Shown: positions 45,736-55,325, counted from the stretch's first letter. The stretch: 64,000 nt of DNA from a virus (IMGVR_UViG_2830161386_000001:96001-160000), one strand, 5' to 3'. Notes: a model not told the origin generated them from the letters alone. Program-made: numbers and translations.

Positions 45736-46338
45736 CTATTGCTTGACGCCCACCGGGTTGTTCTCGTAGATGCCCTTCGCCGCAATCGTCGCGTCTCGGG
45801 GCGTGTCGTGCAGCTCCGTTTCCACCTCCCGCTTATCGTTTCCTGGATGAAGCACCCCGTAGAATTTAGTCGGGTCGTTTCGGCTAATAAAGACTTTGTA
45901 GTCGACCTGACTCCCAATCCGGCCGAACGTCCCGATCCGAACTCCGCCCCGGCCCATCGTATCGTCTTCTGCGGCCCGCACCTCCGGCAGCACCTCATCG
46001 GTTACGTTCGTCCAGCCCTCCGACCGATCTGCCTCGCCGTAGAGGCCGCTTTCTGCGTAGTCCCCGACCGTCCGGATGCGGTCTCCGCTCCACCGGCCGA
46101 AGTTCGGCCACGTAATCTTACACATCCGGCCGTACTCGTCCCAATCTACCTCGCCGTCATCGTCTTTGAAGGCGCTGTAATTGGCCGTCGGGGTGCCCCC
46201 ACCGTCGTACGGCGCGTCGGCAGTGAGGTACGCCAGCGCCCCAGCAGCGGGATTGTTCATGATCTCCCACATCTTGTGCATCAAGGGCTCGACGAACTCT
46301 TGCTTGTCTTCGCTAATCAGCTTATAGTACTGTCCCAT
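45736..46338 (-). CDS. Hypothetical phage protein (MGQYY..GRWSGDRI..VGDY)
   Basis: 200 aa. Confidence 0.7.
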   Translation of the reverse strand: MGQYYKLISEDKQEFVEPLMHKMWEIMNNPAAGALAYLTADAPYDGGGTPTANYSAFKDDDGEVDWDEYGRMCKITWPNFGRWSGDRIRTVGDYAESGLYGEADRSEGWTNVTDEVLPEVRAAEDDTMGRGGVRIGTFGRIGSQVDYKVFISRNDPTKFYGVLHPGNDKREVETELHDTPRDATIAAKGIYENNPVGVKQ

Positions 46339-46389
46339 AAAGGGTAAAAGGTTGTACTTGGAAAAATAAAGGGTGGGAAAGCGCCTGCT

Positions 46390-46863
46390 CTACGCGGCAA
46401 ACTCGCTGATCTCGTAGAGGTGCTCCCTCGGCTTCAACCTGTAGGTTGGGCGGACCGACGCAATGCGGGCCGCTTGCCGCTCGCACTCGCGCTTTAGGTT
46501 TCCGGACTTGATGCCCGGAAGCTCGCTTTCGATGTGGTCCTTGCTATTCCCGTACATCATCCGGGCCAGGGCTCGGGCAACGGCGTCTCTTGGGCCCTCC
46601 GCCCCAATCGAAAACTGAAACGGGGTGAAGTTCTGTGTATCGGTATAGACGCCGATCACGGTCCACTCCGGCCGCTGCTCCTGCCCCACCTCCTCGACGG
46701 ACACGATGTGCTCGACGCGGCCATGGGTATCTTCACCGAACCGCACGGGCGTGCCGTCGGCGTAGTTGGCCTTATCAGCGGCCGCTTCCCTGCTGTCGGC
46801 CTCGACGCAAAACGTGACATGTTTTGGGCCGTCAATTGCGGCACTGACTAGGTAATAGCTCAT
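46390..46863 (-). CDS. Hypothetical protein
   Basis: 157 aa. Confidence 0.65.
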   Translation of the reverse strand: MSYYLVSAAIDGPKHVTFCVEADSREAAADKANYADGTPVRFGEDTHGRVEHIVSVEEVGQEQRPEWTVIGVYTDTQNFTPFQFSIGAEGPRDAVARALARMMYGNSKDHIESELPGIKSGNLKRECERQAARIASVRPTYRLKPREHLYEISEFAA

Positions 46864-46932
46864 TATTTAGCGGAATCTATTCGTAGAAGAATAAAGAGTG
46901 GGCAGTTTGGCGGGATGCCCAGCCCGATTCGG

Positions 46933-47160
46933 TTACGTCAGCGGCGTTCCGTCTTCGCCGAATACCGTCGCCTTTTCCGCGTCGGTGATCCGGTTGGCCT
47001 CATAATCCGGATTGGCCTGAATCTCATTTTTGATCGATTTAAGCTCCTCCTCGGAGCAGTCCTCTAGCGAGTCGGCCTCGACGCCGGCCTCCTCGGCCAC
47101 CTCCTCGAACGAGACCGTCCCGAAGTGCCGCTTCCATACTGCGAAACCAATGTCGCTCAT
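46933..47160 (-). CDS. Small acidic hypothetical protein
   Basis: 75 aa between two family-B repeats. Confidence 0.65.
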   Translation of the reverse strand: MSDIGFAVWKRHFGTVSFEEVAEEAGVEADSLEDCSEEELKSIKNEIQANPDYEANRITDAEKATVFGEDGTPLT

Positions 47161-47261
47161 AAGGTCTAAATTGCTGCTTGGGAAAGAATAAAGAGTGGGC
47201 AGTATTTTGGGATGCCCAGCCCTGTGGTTTGTGTGAAGTGTAAAGCTGAAGCAGTTTTTGG

Positions 47262-47690
47262 CTACGCTGCCGCCTTGTCCGTTCCGGCCATCGCGCTTGA
47301 GAGGCGGACCCGAACGTCCGGCAGGTTTGCGGGCAAAATTCCAAGATCAACGAGCTGCTCACCGGCATCTGCTTCCTCGGAGAGCGCCACGCGGACAAGC
47401 GCTGGCGTCGGCTCGACGCGCTCCCACTGCGCGTTGTCCGGCAGGTCGACGTGCCGCTTGACAAGCTCTTGAGGCACGTCGGCGTAGCTGATGTGAATAG
47501 AGCTGGCCACGTCGCCTGCAACCGTCTCCACAAGGGCTGCCTCTACCTCTTCGTCGGGGAGGCGCTCACAGAGAGAGCGAGCAAACGAGCAGAAAGCCCA
47601 GTACGCCTTATCGGTCACGCCCTCGCCTCGGTCGTGAATCTGATTTATGGCTCGGTCTAAAACGTTTGTTGGAAGCTCGTCATTGTCCAT
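47262..47690 (-). CDS. Hypothetical protein
   Basis: 142 aa. Confidence 0.65.
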   Translation of the reverse strand: MDNDELPTNVLDRAINQIHDRGEGVTDKAYWAFCSFARSLCERLPDEEVEAALVETVAGDVASSIHISYADVPQELVKRHVDLPDNAQWERVEPTPALVRVALSEEADAGEQLVDLGILPANLPDVRVRLSSAMAGTDKAAA

Positions 47691-47784
47691 AAGTTGGATG
47701 GTATCCGTTTTAAAAAAGGCGAGAGCCGGGCTACGCCCCCCGGCTATATCTATGGTGGGAAGTCAGCCGGGATTTTTGCGCTTC

Positions 47785-47800
47785 AGCCCCAGCTGGGATT
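47785..47800. repeat. Palindrome copy (variant)
   Basis: agccccagctgggatt, 3 nt 3' of a stop codon. Confidence 0.85.
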
Positions 47801-47803
47801 CTA

Positions 47804-48049
47804 TTAGTTCGAGCGGACGTACCCGCCGAAAAGACGGGACCGCCCGAAGTAGAAAAAGTGAAGCGCCCAGGAGCGAACGTCTGCCGGGCGTCCCCGGACC
47901 ATTCCGGCCTCGAAATTGACCTCTTGGACCCGGTAGTTTCGGCCGTCCGGCAGGTAGATTTTATCCCCGGCCGAAAACGAGTGCTTCTCGATCCTGTCCT
48001 CCCCCACGAGAATCCCGGCGCGAAAGCCTTCCATAAATACGGCAATCAT
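47804..48049 (-). CDS. Hypothetical protein
   Basis: 81 aa, ATGA overlap with the upstream gene. Confidence 0.6.
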   Translation of the reverse strand: MIAVFMEGFRAGILVGEDRIEKHSFSAGDKIYLPDGRNYRVQEVNFEAGMVRGRPADVRSWALHFFYFGRSRLFGGYVRSN

Positions 48050-48615
48050 TGGTCTCGTTGATCTGGGTCGGTCGTGACAATGCCATCGGTCATGCGGTCT
48101 TCAAAGAGGGCCTCCAGGTCAATGCGCGCCCGGATGTAGACCTTTTGGCGCGGCACGTCCTCCTTGTCGTACCAAAAGTCCTGAAGAATGGACTCTTGAA
48201 CGGTCGCTTCCCCATCTTCGCTGCGCATGTACTGGGCGTTAACCCGCCCTTCCGGGTCGACGAGGGCCGGAATCTTGATTTCAATGACCCCGTCTTCCGC
48301 CGGCCCGCGCCCGACCAGCCCCGAGCGGCGCAGGGCCTTCTTTAGGTCCGCCTCCCCGTCCTCGCTCTCCTCCAGCTCGGCCCCGCAGTACGGGCAGTAG
48401 TTTTTCTGCGGCTGGTGCAAGGAGCTGTGGGCGCAGTCGGGATCGGGGCACCGCATCTGTGTGGTGTCGATGTGCCAACCGATCCGGCGGAGCTCCTCCG
48501 CGAGCGTTTCGGCCGCGCCCTTTACCGCGCCGCGCCCCGGCGGAACTGGCGTGCCAGGCGTGTCGGGTGGGCTTGTGGGCTTTTCTGGTTTCGTGCCTCC
48601 ATCTTGACTACTCAT
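48046..48615 (-). CDS. Zinc-ribbon-containing hypothetical protein
   Basis: CPDPDC..YCPYCG. Confidence 0.7.
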   Translation of the reverse strand: MSSQDGGTKPEKPTSPPDTPGTPVPPGRGAVKGAAETLAEELRRIGWHIDTTQMRCPDPDCAHSSLHQPQKNYCPYCGAELEESEDGEADLKKALRRSGLVGRGPAEDGVIEIKIPALVDPEGRVNAQYMRSEDGEATVQESILQDFWYDKEDVPRQKVYIRARIDLEALFEDRMTDGIVTTDPDQRDQ

Positions 48616-48672
48616 TGGTTTGGTATAGTTATTTCAGGTCTTGTGAGCTTGCCTTCTACCGGGCCGCTTGGC

Positions 48673-48954
48673 CTATTTGTCGTGGTTGAGGGTGTCGATC
48701 TCTTCTTGAAGACGGGTGGCCTGAGACCGAATGTGGTCAAGAACGGTAGGCAGTCCGCGAGTCTTCTCGCGAAGCACCCGCTCGGCCAGGCCCTGAGCGG
48801 CAGCGCTGGCGTCGGGATCTGTCAGAATGCGACGAACCGCAATTAGGGCCTGGAAGGTGCCCTCCAAGCGGTCACAAACGTCGTGAATGCGCTGGTGGGC
48901 GCCGACCTCGTCGACGGGGTCGGTATCGATGTCTCTGTCGCCAGGAAGGCTCAT
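48673..48954 (-). CDS. Hypothetical protein
   Basis: 93 aa. Confidence 0.65.
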   Translation of the reverse strand: MSLPGDRDIDTDPVDEVGAHQRIHDVCDRLEGTFQALIAVRRILTDPDASAAAQGLAERVLREKTRGLPTVLDHIRSQATRLQEEIDTLNHDK

Positions 48955-48996
48955 AAGTACAGAATGGTTGGGAAAGAAGAAACGGTGGGCAAATGT

Positions 48997-49236
48997 CTAG
49001 GGAGCGTCCCCCGCATAGGTCGTGCACACCTCTTCGTATAGCTCCGCTTCACCCGCCCCACAGTCCTCGCAGTATTCGAGGCCCTTCTCGTTGGTCGTGA
49101 TCGACGGATGGGTCAGGCGCGTGAGGTCTTTGATCAGCTGTTCGGCGTAGGTCTTTCCCGTGGCGTCTTCTTGGTTGCCTACGTCAACAATGCGCTTTGC
49201 CCGGGTGAAGGCATGGGTCAGGGTGGCGTCGTCCAT
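48997..49236 (-). CDS. Hypothetical protein
   Basis: Start re-called to MDDATL; H..CEDC..C. Confidence 0.55.
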   Translation of the reverse strand: MDDATLTHAFTRAKRIVDVGNQEDATGKTYAEQLIKDLTRLTHPSITTNEKGLEYCEDCGAGEAELYEEVCTTYAGDAP

Positions 49237-49266
49237 ATCGCCAGTGCAGTAATGATAGAGATTGCG

Positions 49267-49282
49267 AATCCCAGCTGGGACT
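49267..49282. repeat. 16-bp palindrome copy
   Basis: aatcccagctgggact. Confidence 0.95.
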
Positions 49283-49324
49283 GGGGTAGCGTCATTTCGA
49301 ATTCGTTCGACAGGTCTTAGAAAT

Positions 49325-49361
49325 AAAAAAGATCTGCCCCAGTGTAAAACTGAGGCAGACC
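49325..49361 (-). terminator. Intrinsic terminator
   Basis: tctgccyca..tgrggcaga stem with T-tract. Confidence 0.6.
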
Positions 49362-49389
49362 CGTTCTGCGCCCTACTCAATCCACGACC

Positions 49390-49581
49390 TTATACCTCAT
49401 TTCGGTATTTCGCCACCTTCTGTGCTGCCTCGTTGAAAGCGGCCTCCCGCGCTTTGGACTCGCACCATTGGGTATGGTCATAGCCTCCGTCCTCTTCGGC
49501 CTTGGCTTCAGCATCTGCCGCCTTATTCGTAAAAATGTCGTACAGGTGGTCAAGTGCTTCGCTTGCGTCCATGACGATCAC
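49390..49581 (-). CDS. Hypothetical protein (start may be 49572)
   Basis: 63 aa. Confidence 0.55.
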   Translation of the reverse strand: MIVMDASEALDHLYDIFTNKAADAEAKAEEDGGYDHTQWCESKAREAAFNEAAQKVAKYRNEV

Positions 49582-49648
49582 CTCGTCGTGTTATGCAAAA
49601 GAACGGAAAGGCAGTGATGCCGGGATGCCCAGCCCGCTCTTGTGAGAG

Positions 49649-49966
49649 CTAATCGCCGGTTTTCACCCGCGTCACTATATCATCCGCAATTGCGTCAAGA
49701 AGAACGTCGCGGAAGCTCTTTTTCTTCTGGCTGACAATTTCGCCACGGTCAGGAGGCCCGCCCTTCAAGACGGTAATGTCAATGCCTTCATCGTCTAAAA
49801 CCACTTTTATTTCAGCGTGGTCGATGCTGTCCCAACCATCAACTTCGAGGTAGTAGTTGACGTAGACCTCCAAGTCTGATTCGTCTATACTGTCCCCCTC
49901 ATTGGATACTCCTGTAGTGTATCTTATTTCTTTTACCTCTGCCTGCAAGCCTCGGCCTTCAAGCAT
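49649..49966 (-). CDS. Acidic hypothetical protein
   Basis: Start re-called to MLEGRG. Confidence 0.6.
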   Translation of the reverse strand: MLEGRGLQAEVKEIRYTTGVSNEGDSIDESDLEVYVNYYLEVDGWDSIDHAEIKVVLDDEGIDITVLKGGPPDRGEIVSQKKKSFRDVLLDAIADDIVTRVKTGD

Positions 49967-50043
49967 AACCCTGTGTGGATCCGGTGCGAAAGAATAAAAA
50001 ATGGGCAGTTTAACGAGCTGCCCAGCTCCGCTCCGACACACAA

Positions 50044-50397
50044 TTAGAAGTGAGTCAGGTCAATTCCGTCTGGAATCTTCTCCTCATCGTACTTGCTCGA
50101 TTCAAGTGCGCGAGCCAGAGCCAAGACGCGTTCGCCAACACGGTTGGTATCTCGGCAAATGGTGGTCACGCTTACGCCAAGCTGGTCGGCAATCCACGTT
50201 TTAAGCCCCTTGTAAAGCTCGCAGGGCGGCTCTTCCCGATTCCCGACTGCACCGGGGAAGAAGTATTCCAGAACGGCCTGTTCTCGCCTTTCTACATGAT
50301 CGTGCAATATCGAAATCGCCAGTTGCTGAGACAACTGGTCAGGCTCAAGTTTGGCTTCTTGACTCCCCGTGAGAAGGTCGTTGACAGTGTATTTCAT
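50044..50397 (-). CDS. HTH protein (sigma region 4-like)
   Basis: REQAVLEYFF..WIADQLGVSVTTICR. Confidence 0.55.
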   Translation of the reverse strand: MKYTVNDLLTGSQEAKLEPDQLSQQLAISILHDHVERREQAVLEYFFPGAVGNREEPPCELYKGLKTWIADQLGVSVTTICRDTNRVGERVLALARALESSKYDEEKIPDGIDLTHF

Positions 50398-50466
50398 GGT
50401 CAGGGTTGAAGTTTGAGCAGTGAAGAATAAAGGGTGGGCAGTTTTCGGGATGCCCAGCCCAGGGCG

Positions 50467-50652
50467 CTACCAGATGTTCGCCAGGCGCTTTTTCAGCTCC
50501 CGCGCCCGCTCGGTGGTAACTACCTCCATCCGATGGTCGGGCGTTCCCGCAATCTCGTGCATCTCCCGCAGCTCCTCCAGGTCCCCTGGCGGAAGCGCGG
50601 CCGATACCGAAATTACGTCTCCGTTCTGGTCTCTCGTGACTAAGCACTTCAT
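50467..50652 (-). CDS. Hypothetical protein
   Basis: 61 aa. Confidence 0.55.
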   Translation of the reverse strand: MKCLVTRDQNGDVISVSAALPPGDLEELREMHEIAGTPDHRMEVVTTERARELKKRLANIW

Positions 50653-50688
50653 ACGTAGAAAGAGTTTGGCTGCAAATAAAGAGTGCGT

Positions 50689-51066
50689 TTAGGCAAGCCC
50701 GACGATTTGGATGTCATCGCGCCGGACTCGGACTTCAACTTTCGAGGCTCCGTCCGCGAGTTCGCCATAAGCCCTGTTGAGGATATCTCGCTGCTGGGCG
50801 TGAAGCCGGCGAACGACCTCTTTAAGCACGCGGTGGCCACGGTCTGGATCAACCTGTTCGTCGGTGATTACGCCGTAGTAGCGCGCCTTCTGCGGGCTGT
50901 ACCAGTCGATCACAATCTGGAGCGATTGCTCAAACGCCTCCGGCCCGAGCTGCTCCCAAGACCAGTCGGTCGACAGGCGCCACGTCAAGAGGTCAGACAT
51001 CTTGTTTACAATCCGCCCGAGTCGGTCCTCGCGGACTGTAGGGTCGGTTTTCAAGACAGCATCCAT
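50689..51066 (-). CDS. Hypothetical protein
   Basis: 125 aa. Confidence 0.65.
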   Translation of the reverse strand: MDAVLKTDPTVREDRLGRIVNKMSDLLTWRLSTDWSWEQLGPEAFEQSLQIVIDWYSPQKARYYGVITDEQVDPDRGHRVLKEVVRRLHAQQRDILNRAYGELADGASKVEVRVRRDDIQIVGLA

Positions 51067-51110
51067 TTCGTTTCATTCTCATTGTGGGCCTTCTGGTGAG
51101 GTGGGGCTTC

Positions 51111-51665
51111 TTACCCTTCGCTCTTCGCCTCAATCGCGGCTTTGACCAGACCTTCTGCGCTCCGGTAAGCCGACTCCTCTTCTACGCACGCATGCTTCTG
51201 CTCTGCGTAGAACACGCGCCGCATGTTTTCCAGCACGTTTTTTCCGCGGTGCACCCGGTGGGCAGCAATGCGCCGGACAATCCAGTACTGCCGAAGATCA
51301 TCTTCTCTCATCACCTCCACGAGATCCTCCTCCTTCGCGGTTAGCTCCCCGAAGGGAAGCTCTAAGGAGCGGCTAATGGCCCCAACGACTTCCCGGAGGC
51401 GCTGGCGGCCGACCGTCTCGCCGTCGAAGCCGCTTTCTTCGCCCCACGGGGGCACGCCTGAAATGCGAACCAGATATCGGCCGGACCGCTCGCCGGGCAA
51501 GTCGCTCGTTCTGCTTGAGCTTTGTTTCGCCCGAAGCTGCCGGCCGTCCCAGAACTTCACGTCGATCCGGATTGCTTGGCCCAACTCACGCGCCTCGGCA
51601 TCGACAACGTGCTCGCGCCTGAGCATTTTCTCGACCGCCTCTTCTTCGGTATAGATTGCAGGCAT
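51111..51665 (-). CDS. Hypothetical protein
   Basis: 184 aa. Confidence 0.7.
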   Translation of the reverse strand: MPAIYTEEEAVEKMLRREHVVDAEARELGQAIRIDVKFWDGRQLRAKQSSSRTSDLPGERSGRYLVRISGVPPWGEESGFDGETVGRQRLREVVGAISRSLELPFGELTAKEEDLVEVMREDDLRQYWIVRRIAAHRVHRGKNVLENMRRVFYAEQKHACVEEESAYRSAEGLVKAAIEAKSEG

Positions 51666-51759
51666 GACGTTTTAGGTTGGTGAGAAAGAAGAAAAAGCCA
51701 GCCCCAGCTCAATCCCAGCTGGAACCGGCCGCGGAGGCAACTCGATATTTGAGAGCCGC

Positions 51760-52410
51760 TTAGGCCACAGGTTCGGCGAAGTGCCCCTCAGGAAAGTACC
51801 CTTTCACACCCACGTTAAGCCGGCTCTGATCGGCAACGGAGTGCAGATGGTAGTCAATCTCGTGGAGGAGCGAGTTGCCGACGAGCTTTTGGCTTAGGGC
51901 GTTCAGGATCTCGTTCAAGTCCTCATTCTCAAACAGGGACATCTGGACCTGCACCACACCTTCGATATGGCCCCACTCCTTTAGCATGGCCTGCTGCTCC
52001 TCTTCGGAAAGGGGCTCGCCTAAAACCACCTCCGATGTTTTCTCCTGCTCATAGGGTACAGAATCTGGGTATTGCGTGGTGTCTTGATACCCAAGCTCGC
52101 CTGCCAACACGCGGGCCATCTCGTCAGGGGAAGGGTTGTCCTCGTTGTATCCAGCTAGCGTGTCCCAAAGCTCAGGGATGTCGTTAAAGACCCGGAAGGC
52201 GTCGTCATAAACGCGCACCTGCATCACCAGGTCATCGGCAAACGACTTGTCGTACCACCTGAGGGCAAATTCGCACTGAAAGGTCTCACCCTCGTAGACT
52301 TGAACCATAATTTCGTGCTCGAAGTCTCTGTCCACCTCTCGGAAATTGTTTTCTTTCAGCCAGCTTTTCGTGCCGTACCAGAACTTTCCGTTTGTGCTAT
52401 TGCTGCTCAT
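51760..52410 (-). CDS. Acidic hypothetical protein
   Basis: 216 aa. Confidence 0.7.
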   Translation of the reverse strand: MSSNSTNGKFWYGTKSWLKENNFREVDRDFEHEIMVQVYEGETFQCEFALRWYDKSFADDLVMQVRVYDDAFRVFNDIPELWDTLAGYNEDNPSPDEMARVLAGELGYQDTTQYPDSVPYEQEKTSEVVLGEPLSEEEQQAMLKEWGHIEGVVQVQMSLFENEDLNEILNALSQKLVGNSLLHEIDYHLHSVADQSRLNVGVKGYFPEGHFAEPVA

Positions 52411-52484
52411 AAATGGAATAGGGTCTTATTAGCAAGCAAGAAAAAGCCAGCCCCAACTGAGTCCCAGCTGGGATTGGCCTAGAG

Positions 52485-52682
52485 CTACCTTTCCACCAGC
52501 CGACAAACCGAGCGGTCCTGGCACAGCTGGCTGTCTTCCCAAATGCTTTTGGCTTCGCTGATAACCTCTTTGTCGAAGCCAAGCTCGCGGGCTCTCTCGA
52601 CTAGGTCGTCAAATGAGACGCTCTCCTCATTGGTGGAAGAGGTATTTTCCGCGAAGGCGTGGTGAACCATTTCTTCATTCAT
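52485..52682 (-). CDS. Hypothetical protein
   Basis: 65 aa between two family-A repeats. Confidence 0.55.
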   Translation of the reverse strand: MNEEMVHHAFAENTSSTNEESVSFDDLVERARELGFDKEVISEAKSIWEDSQLCQDRSVCRLVER

Positions 52683-52774
52683 AGCAAGTCAGGGTTTGCG
52701 GAATGGGAAATGAAAAAAGCCAGCCCCAACTCAATCCCAGCTGGGACTGGCCGCTGATTGCTTTCTAAGACGCT

Positions 52775-53338
52775 CTACGCCAAGACAGCCTCGACGGTAT
52801 TATAGTCTCCCTCAAAAGACTGCTTGGCCTCCGCCCTGAGGTCTTCATCCTCGACCTCGTGGATGTCGAACAAGGTTTCGACAACCGACATCAGCGCATC
52901 AAACATATCTTCGTGTTCAGGAATAGCCCTTACGCTAAGCATCAGCGCCTTCTCAATACGCCAAAACTCAATCGTATCGTACGGCAGTGTCGTCGCCGCC
53001 TCTGGAAGCGGCTGCATGATGCTGTAATTCGTCAGCGGGAGGAGGTCAACCCCAAAGAAGAAATCCCCAACTAGCTCGTCGACCTCTCCGTCTATCATTT
53101 GCACCGCTTTAATTGCGGGCCAAGGCCCATAACAAGACGCATTTTTCCAGAGGCCATCTTGGGCCGTCGAGTGTGAGGGCCAGTTCTGAATGCTTTTGTG
53201 TACGCTTGCACCAGGGGTTTCCGCAGCGATAAGATTCCCCACTGCGCAGGCTTCGCACTTATAGGGTTCAAGCGTGCCCTCCAAATACGCGGTGGCAAGC
53301 ACATCTATCGATCGCCAAAATCGGTCAGGTCGGTTCAT
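52775..53338 (-). CDS. Hypothetical protein (AY..GTL...C.ACAVGNLI)
   Basis: 187 aa; visibly lower GC. Confidence 0.7.
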   Translation of the reverse strand: MNRPDRFWRSIDVLATAYLEGTLEPYKCEACAVGNLIAAETPGASVHKSIQNWPSHSTAQDGLWKNASCYGPWPAIKAVQMIDGEVDELVGDFFFGVDLLPLTNYSIMQPLPEAATTLPYDTIEFWRIEKALMLSVRAIPEHEDMFDALMSVVETLFDIHEVEDEDLRAEAKQSFEGDYNTVEAVLA

Positions 53339-53413
53339 GTCAAGCTAAGTTGTTAGCGAAAAATGAGATGGACGCACGTCCCCTCGTCCACTTTTATGGT
53401 GCAGATACAGCCG

Positions 53414-53776
53414 CTACTTTTGCGCCTCCTCACGGAGCCGCTCGATCGCTTTCTCCGGCACGTTGTATCCAGCCTCCCGAATCTCGGCGAGCCGCTCTGC
53501 GGCGCTCTCTGCCGTTTCTTCTTCAAACCACTCTCCGTCCAGCGGGCCGCCGATGGGCACCATCTCCGCGCCTTTGACCAAGTCCATGACCTCCCGCCAG
53601 TATTTGGCATACCGCTCCCCAAAGTCCTCCTCGCTTTCGTCCGGCTCCGGCGGTAGCCCGGACCGGTCGACGTCGTGCTCCTTGCGGGCCACGTCGATTT
53701 GGTAATGGCCGGCGGCGTGCTTGTAGACGTATACGTGAGAGCGAAACGCATTTGTCGAAAACCGGGCGTAGGACAT
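53414..53776 (-). CDS. Hypothetical phage protein (MSYARFS..S.VYVY..GYNVP)
   Basis: 120 aa. Confidence 0.7.
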   Translation of the reverse strand: MSYARFSTNAFRSHVYVYKHAAGHYQIDVARKEHDVDRSGLPPEPDESEEDFGERYAKYWREVMDLVKGAEMVPIGGPLDGEWFEEETAESAAERLAEIREAGYNVPEKAIERLREEAQK

Positions 53777-53813
53777 AAAGCGTTAGTGGTTGGCTTATGG
53801 AAATAAAGCGCCG

Positions 53814-54191
53814 TTAGTCTTGGGCCTCTCTTTTTCTGAGTCCGCACCTGGCGCACTTCTCGTACCCGTGTTCTCGGGTTTCATCTTCGTGCCGGATGTC
53901 AAATACCGGAATGCTCTCCTGCTTCCAGCGGTGCTCACAGTCTGCTTGCACCGACCGCTCGGACAGCTGGTCAATGAAAAACTGGGCCGCATGCTTAATC
54001 TGCCTCGCCTGATCAATTATGTCCTGGTCGCTTCGGCTAAGGGCCGTCGATCCGGCAAGGTCTTTGAGCAGACCTGCAACTTGCTCTCTCGTCATGTCCG
54101 CCGGCATCCCGTCCGTCGGCGGCACTTTCATCAGCTTCAATACATCAACCGCCTCGTCTGAGAGGTTTTTCTTTGCCTGCTTGTTGATCAT
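53814..54191 (-). CDS. Hypothetical protein with C-terminal CxHxW..CxxCG
   Basis: 125 aa. Confidence 0.65.
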   Translation of the reverse strand: MINKQAKKNLSDEAVDVLKLMKVPPTDGMPADMTREQVAGLLKDLAGSTALSRSDQDIIDQARQIKHAAQFFIDQLSERSVQADCEHRWKQESIPVFDIRHEDETREHGYEKCARCGLRKREAQD

Positions 54192-54268
54192 AGTTTTGAA
54201 GTCGTTTTTGAAATAAAAAACAGCCCCAACTGGATCGCAGCTGGGGCTGGCTATGTGCTAGCTTTTAG

Positions 54269-54484
54269 TCATCGTCGGGGGTGCGGGATGTCGTGACCGC
54301 TTGTGCGATCCCGGTAGATCTCCATGCGCGACTCCCCGCCGATTAACCGATCTATGAGCCGCACGTCCCGGCTTGCGTCTCGGGCGCAACGAGGCTGTCG
54401 CGGACACAGTTTTCGAAGAGCGGCCTTTCGGATACCCTTCATTTGACTGTTTCTCGACGCGTGTATGAGGTCGGTCTTATTCAT
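54269..54484 (-). CDS. Small basic hypothetical protein
   Basis: 71 aa between two family-A repeats. Confidence 0.55.
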   Translation of the reverse strand: MNKTDLIHASRNSQMKGIRKAALRKLCPRQPRCARDASRDVRLIDRLIGGESRMEIYRDRTSGHDIPHPRR

Positions 54485-54557
54485 TTTTAAAGTTGTATTT
54501 TATGAGAAAGAAAAATAGCCCCAGCTAAATCCCAGCTGGGACTGAATTGTAGGTTGC

Positions 54558-54899
54558 TTAATTATCTCCCTCCGCGATTTCCTCCGCACGCGCCTGCATG
54601 CGGTCGATTTTTCGCTCTCTCTTCCAGAGCTTGTACCGCTCCCGTACATTCCGCTTCAACTGCTGCGCTTTCAGATACCCATACCTCGAAACGGCTACCG
54701 GAAGCGCAATAAATAGCCCGACTCCCAGTAGCGAGGTTGCGAAAGCGGGGCGCCTCTCAAACAGCCCCCGAAAGTTCTCGGGCATATCCGACTCGTTTCT
54801 GGGCTTTTCCATTTCCCTTAGCCCCCACTCGACGGCAGCACAGGTCCAATACGCCCAGCCGCCAACGTACAAGACAGCGAAGGTCAGAAAGTAGAGCAT
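54558..54899 (-). CDS. Two-TM membrane protein
   Basis: Start re-called to MLYFLT. Confidence 0.6.
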   Translation of the reverse strand: MLYFLTFAVLYVGGWAYWTCAAVEWGLREMEKPRNESDMPENFRGLFERRPAFATSLLGVGLFIALPVAVSRYGYLKAQQLKRNVRERYKLWKRERKIDRMQARAEEIAEGDN

Positions 54900-55029
54900 A
54901 GTAAAACCCGGAGTACAATGCCTCCGGGTCAGGGCGTTTGTCGTAAGTAAAGTGAGCAGACGCACATTCCCTCGTCTATTTCTATGGTGGGGATTTGGCG
55001 CCGAATTTTGCGGGGGCCTACTTGCCTTT

Positions 55030-55269
55030 TCAGTCCGGAAGCGGCGGGGGCGTCTCCCGGAAGCCAAGCAGCCACCCGGCCCCGACCGTGCCCCAAACGG
55101 CGAGGTATGCCAGGCCAAACAGCGGCCAGCCGAGGATAAACGCCGAGGGGTCCGGTTCCCCGAAAATCCGAGCGAGGCGCATCGCAAAGAGGCCAATCAG
55201 CGGGTACAGGGCCGCCGCGTAGGCCCACCACGGCAGCACGTAGACGTGCTCTGCGTACCAGGACAGCAT
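55030..55269 (-). CDS. Small membrane protein
   Basis: 79 aa, hydrophobic. Confidence 0.6.
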   Translation of the reverse strand: MLSWYAEHVYVLPWWAYAAALYPLIGLFAMRLARIFGEPDPSAFILGWPLFGLAYLAVWGTVGAGWLLGFRETPPPLPD

Positions 55270-55325
55270 GTCAGGGGCGCGTGCTTTTTGGAAGGCAAAC
55301 CTGAGAGGGAAACCTGAGGGAAGGC

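Larger units (their letters stand above)
46886..50460 (-). repeat. Intergenic hairpin repeat family B, 5 copies (46886-46925, 47184-47222, 49599-49635, 49990-50026, 50422-50460)
   Basis: Minus-strand consensus GGGCTGGGCATCCC..ACTGCCCA.Y.TTTATTCTT. Confidence 0.9.
51692..54544 (-). repeat. Intergenic repeat family A: terminator-like hairpin embedding the palindrome, 5 copies (51692-51729, 52441-52478, 52713-52751, 54215-54252, 54511-54544)
   Basis: Plus-strand consensus AAAAA(GC)CAGCCCCARCT.ARTCCCAGCTGGGAYTGGC. Confidence 0.9.
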
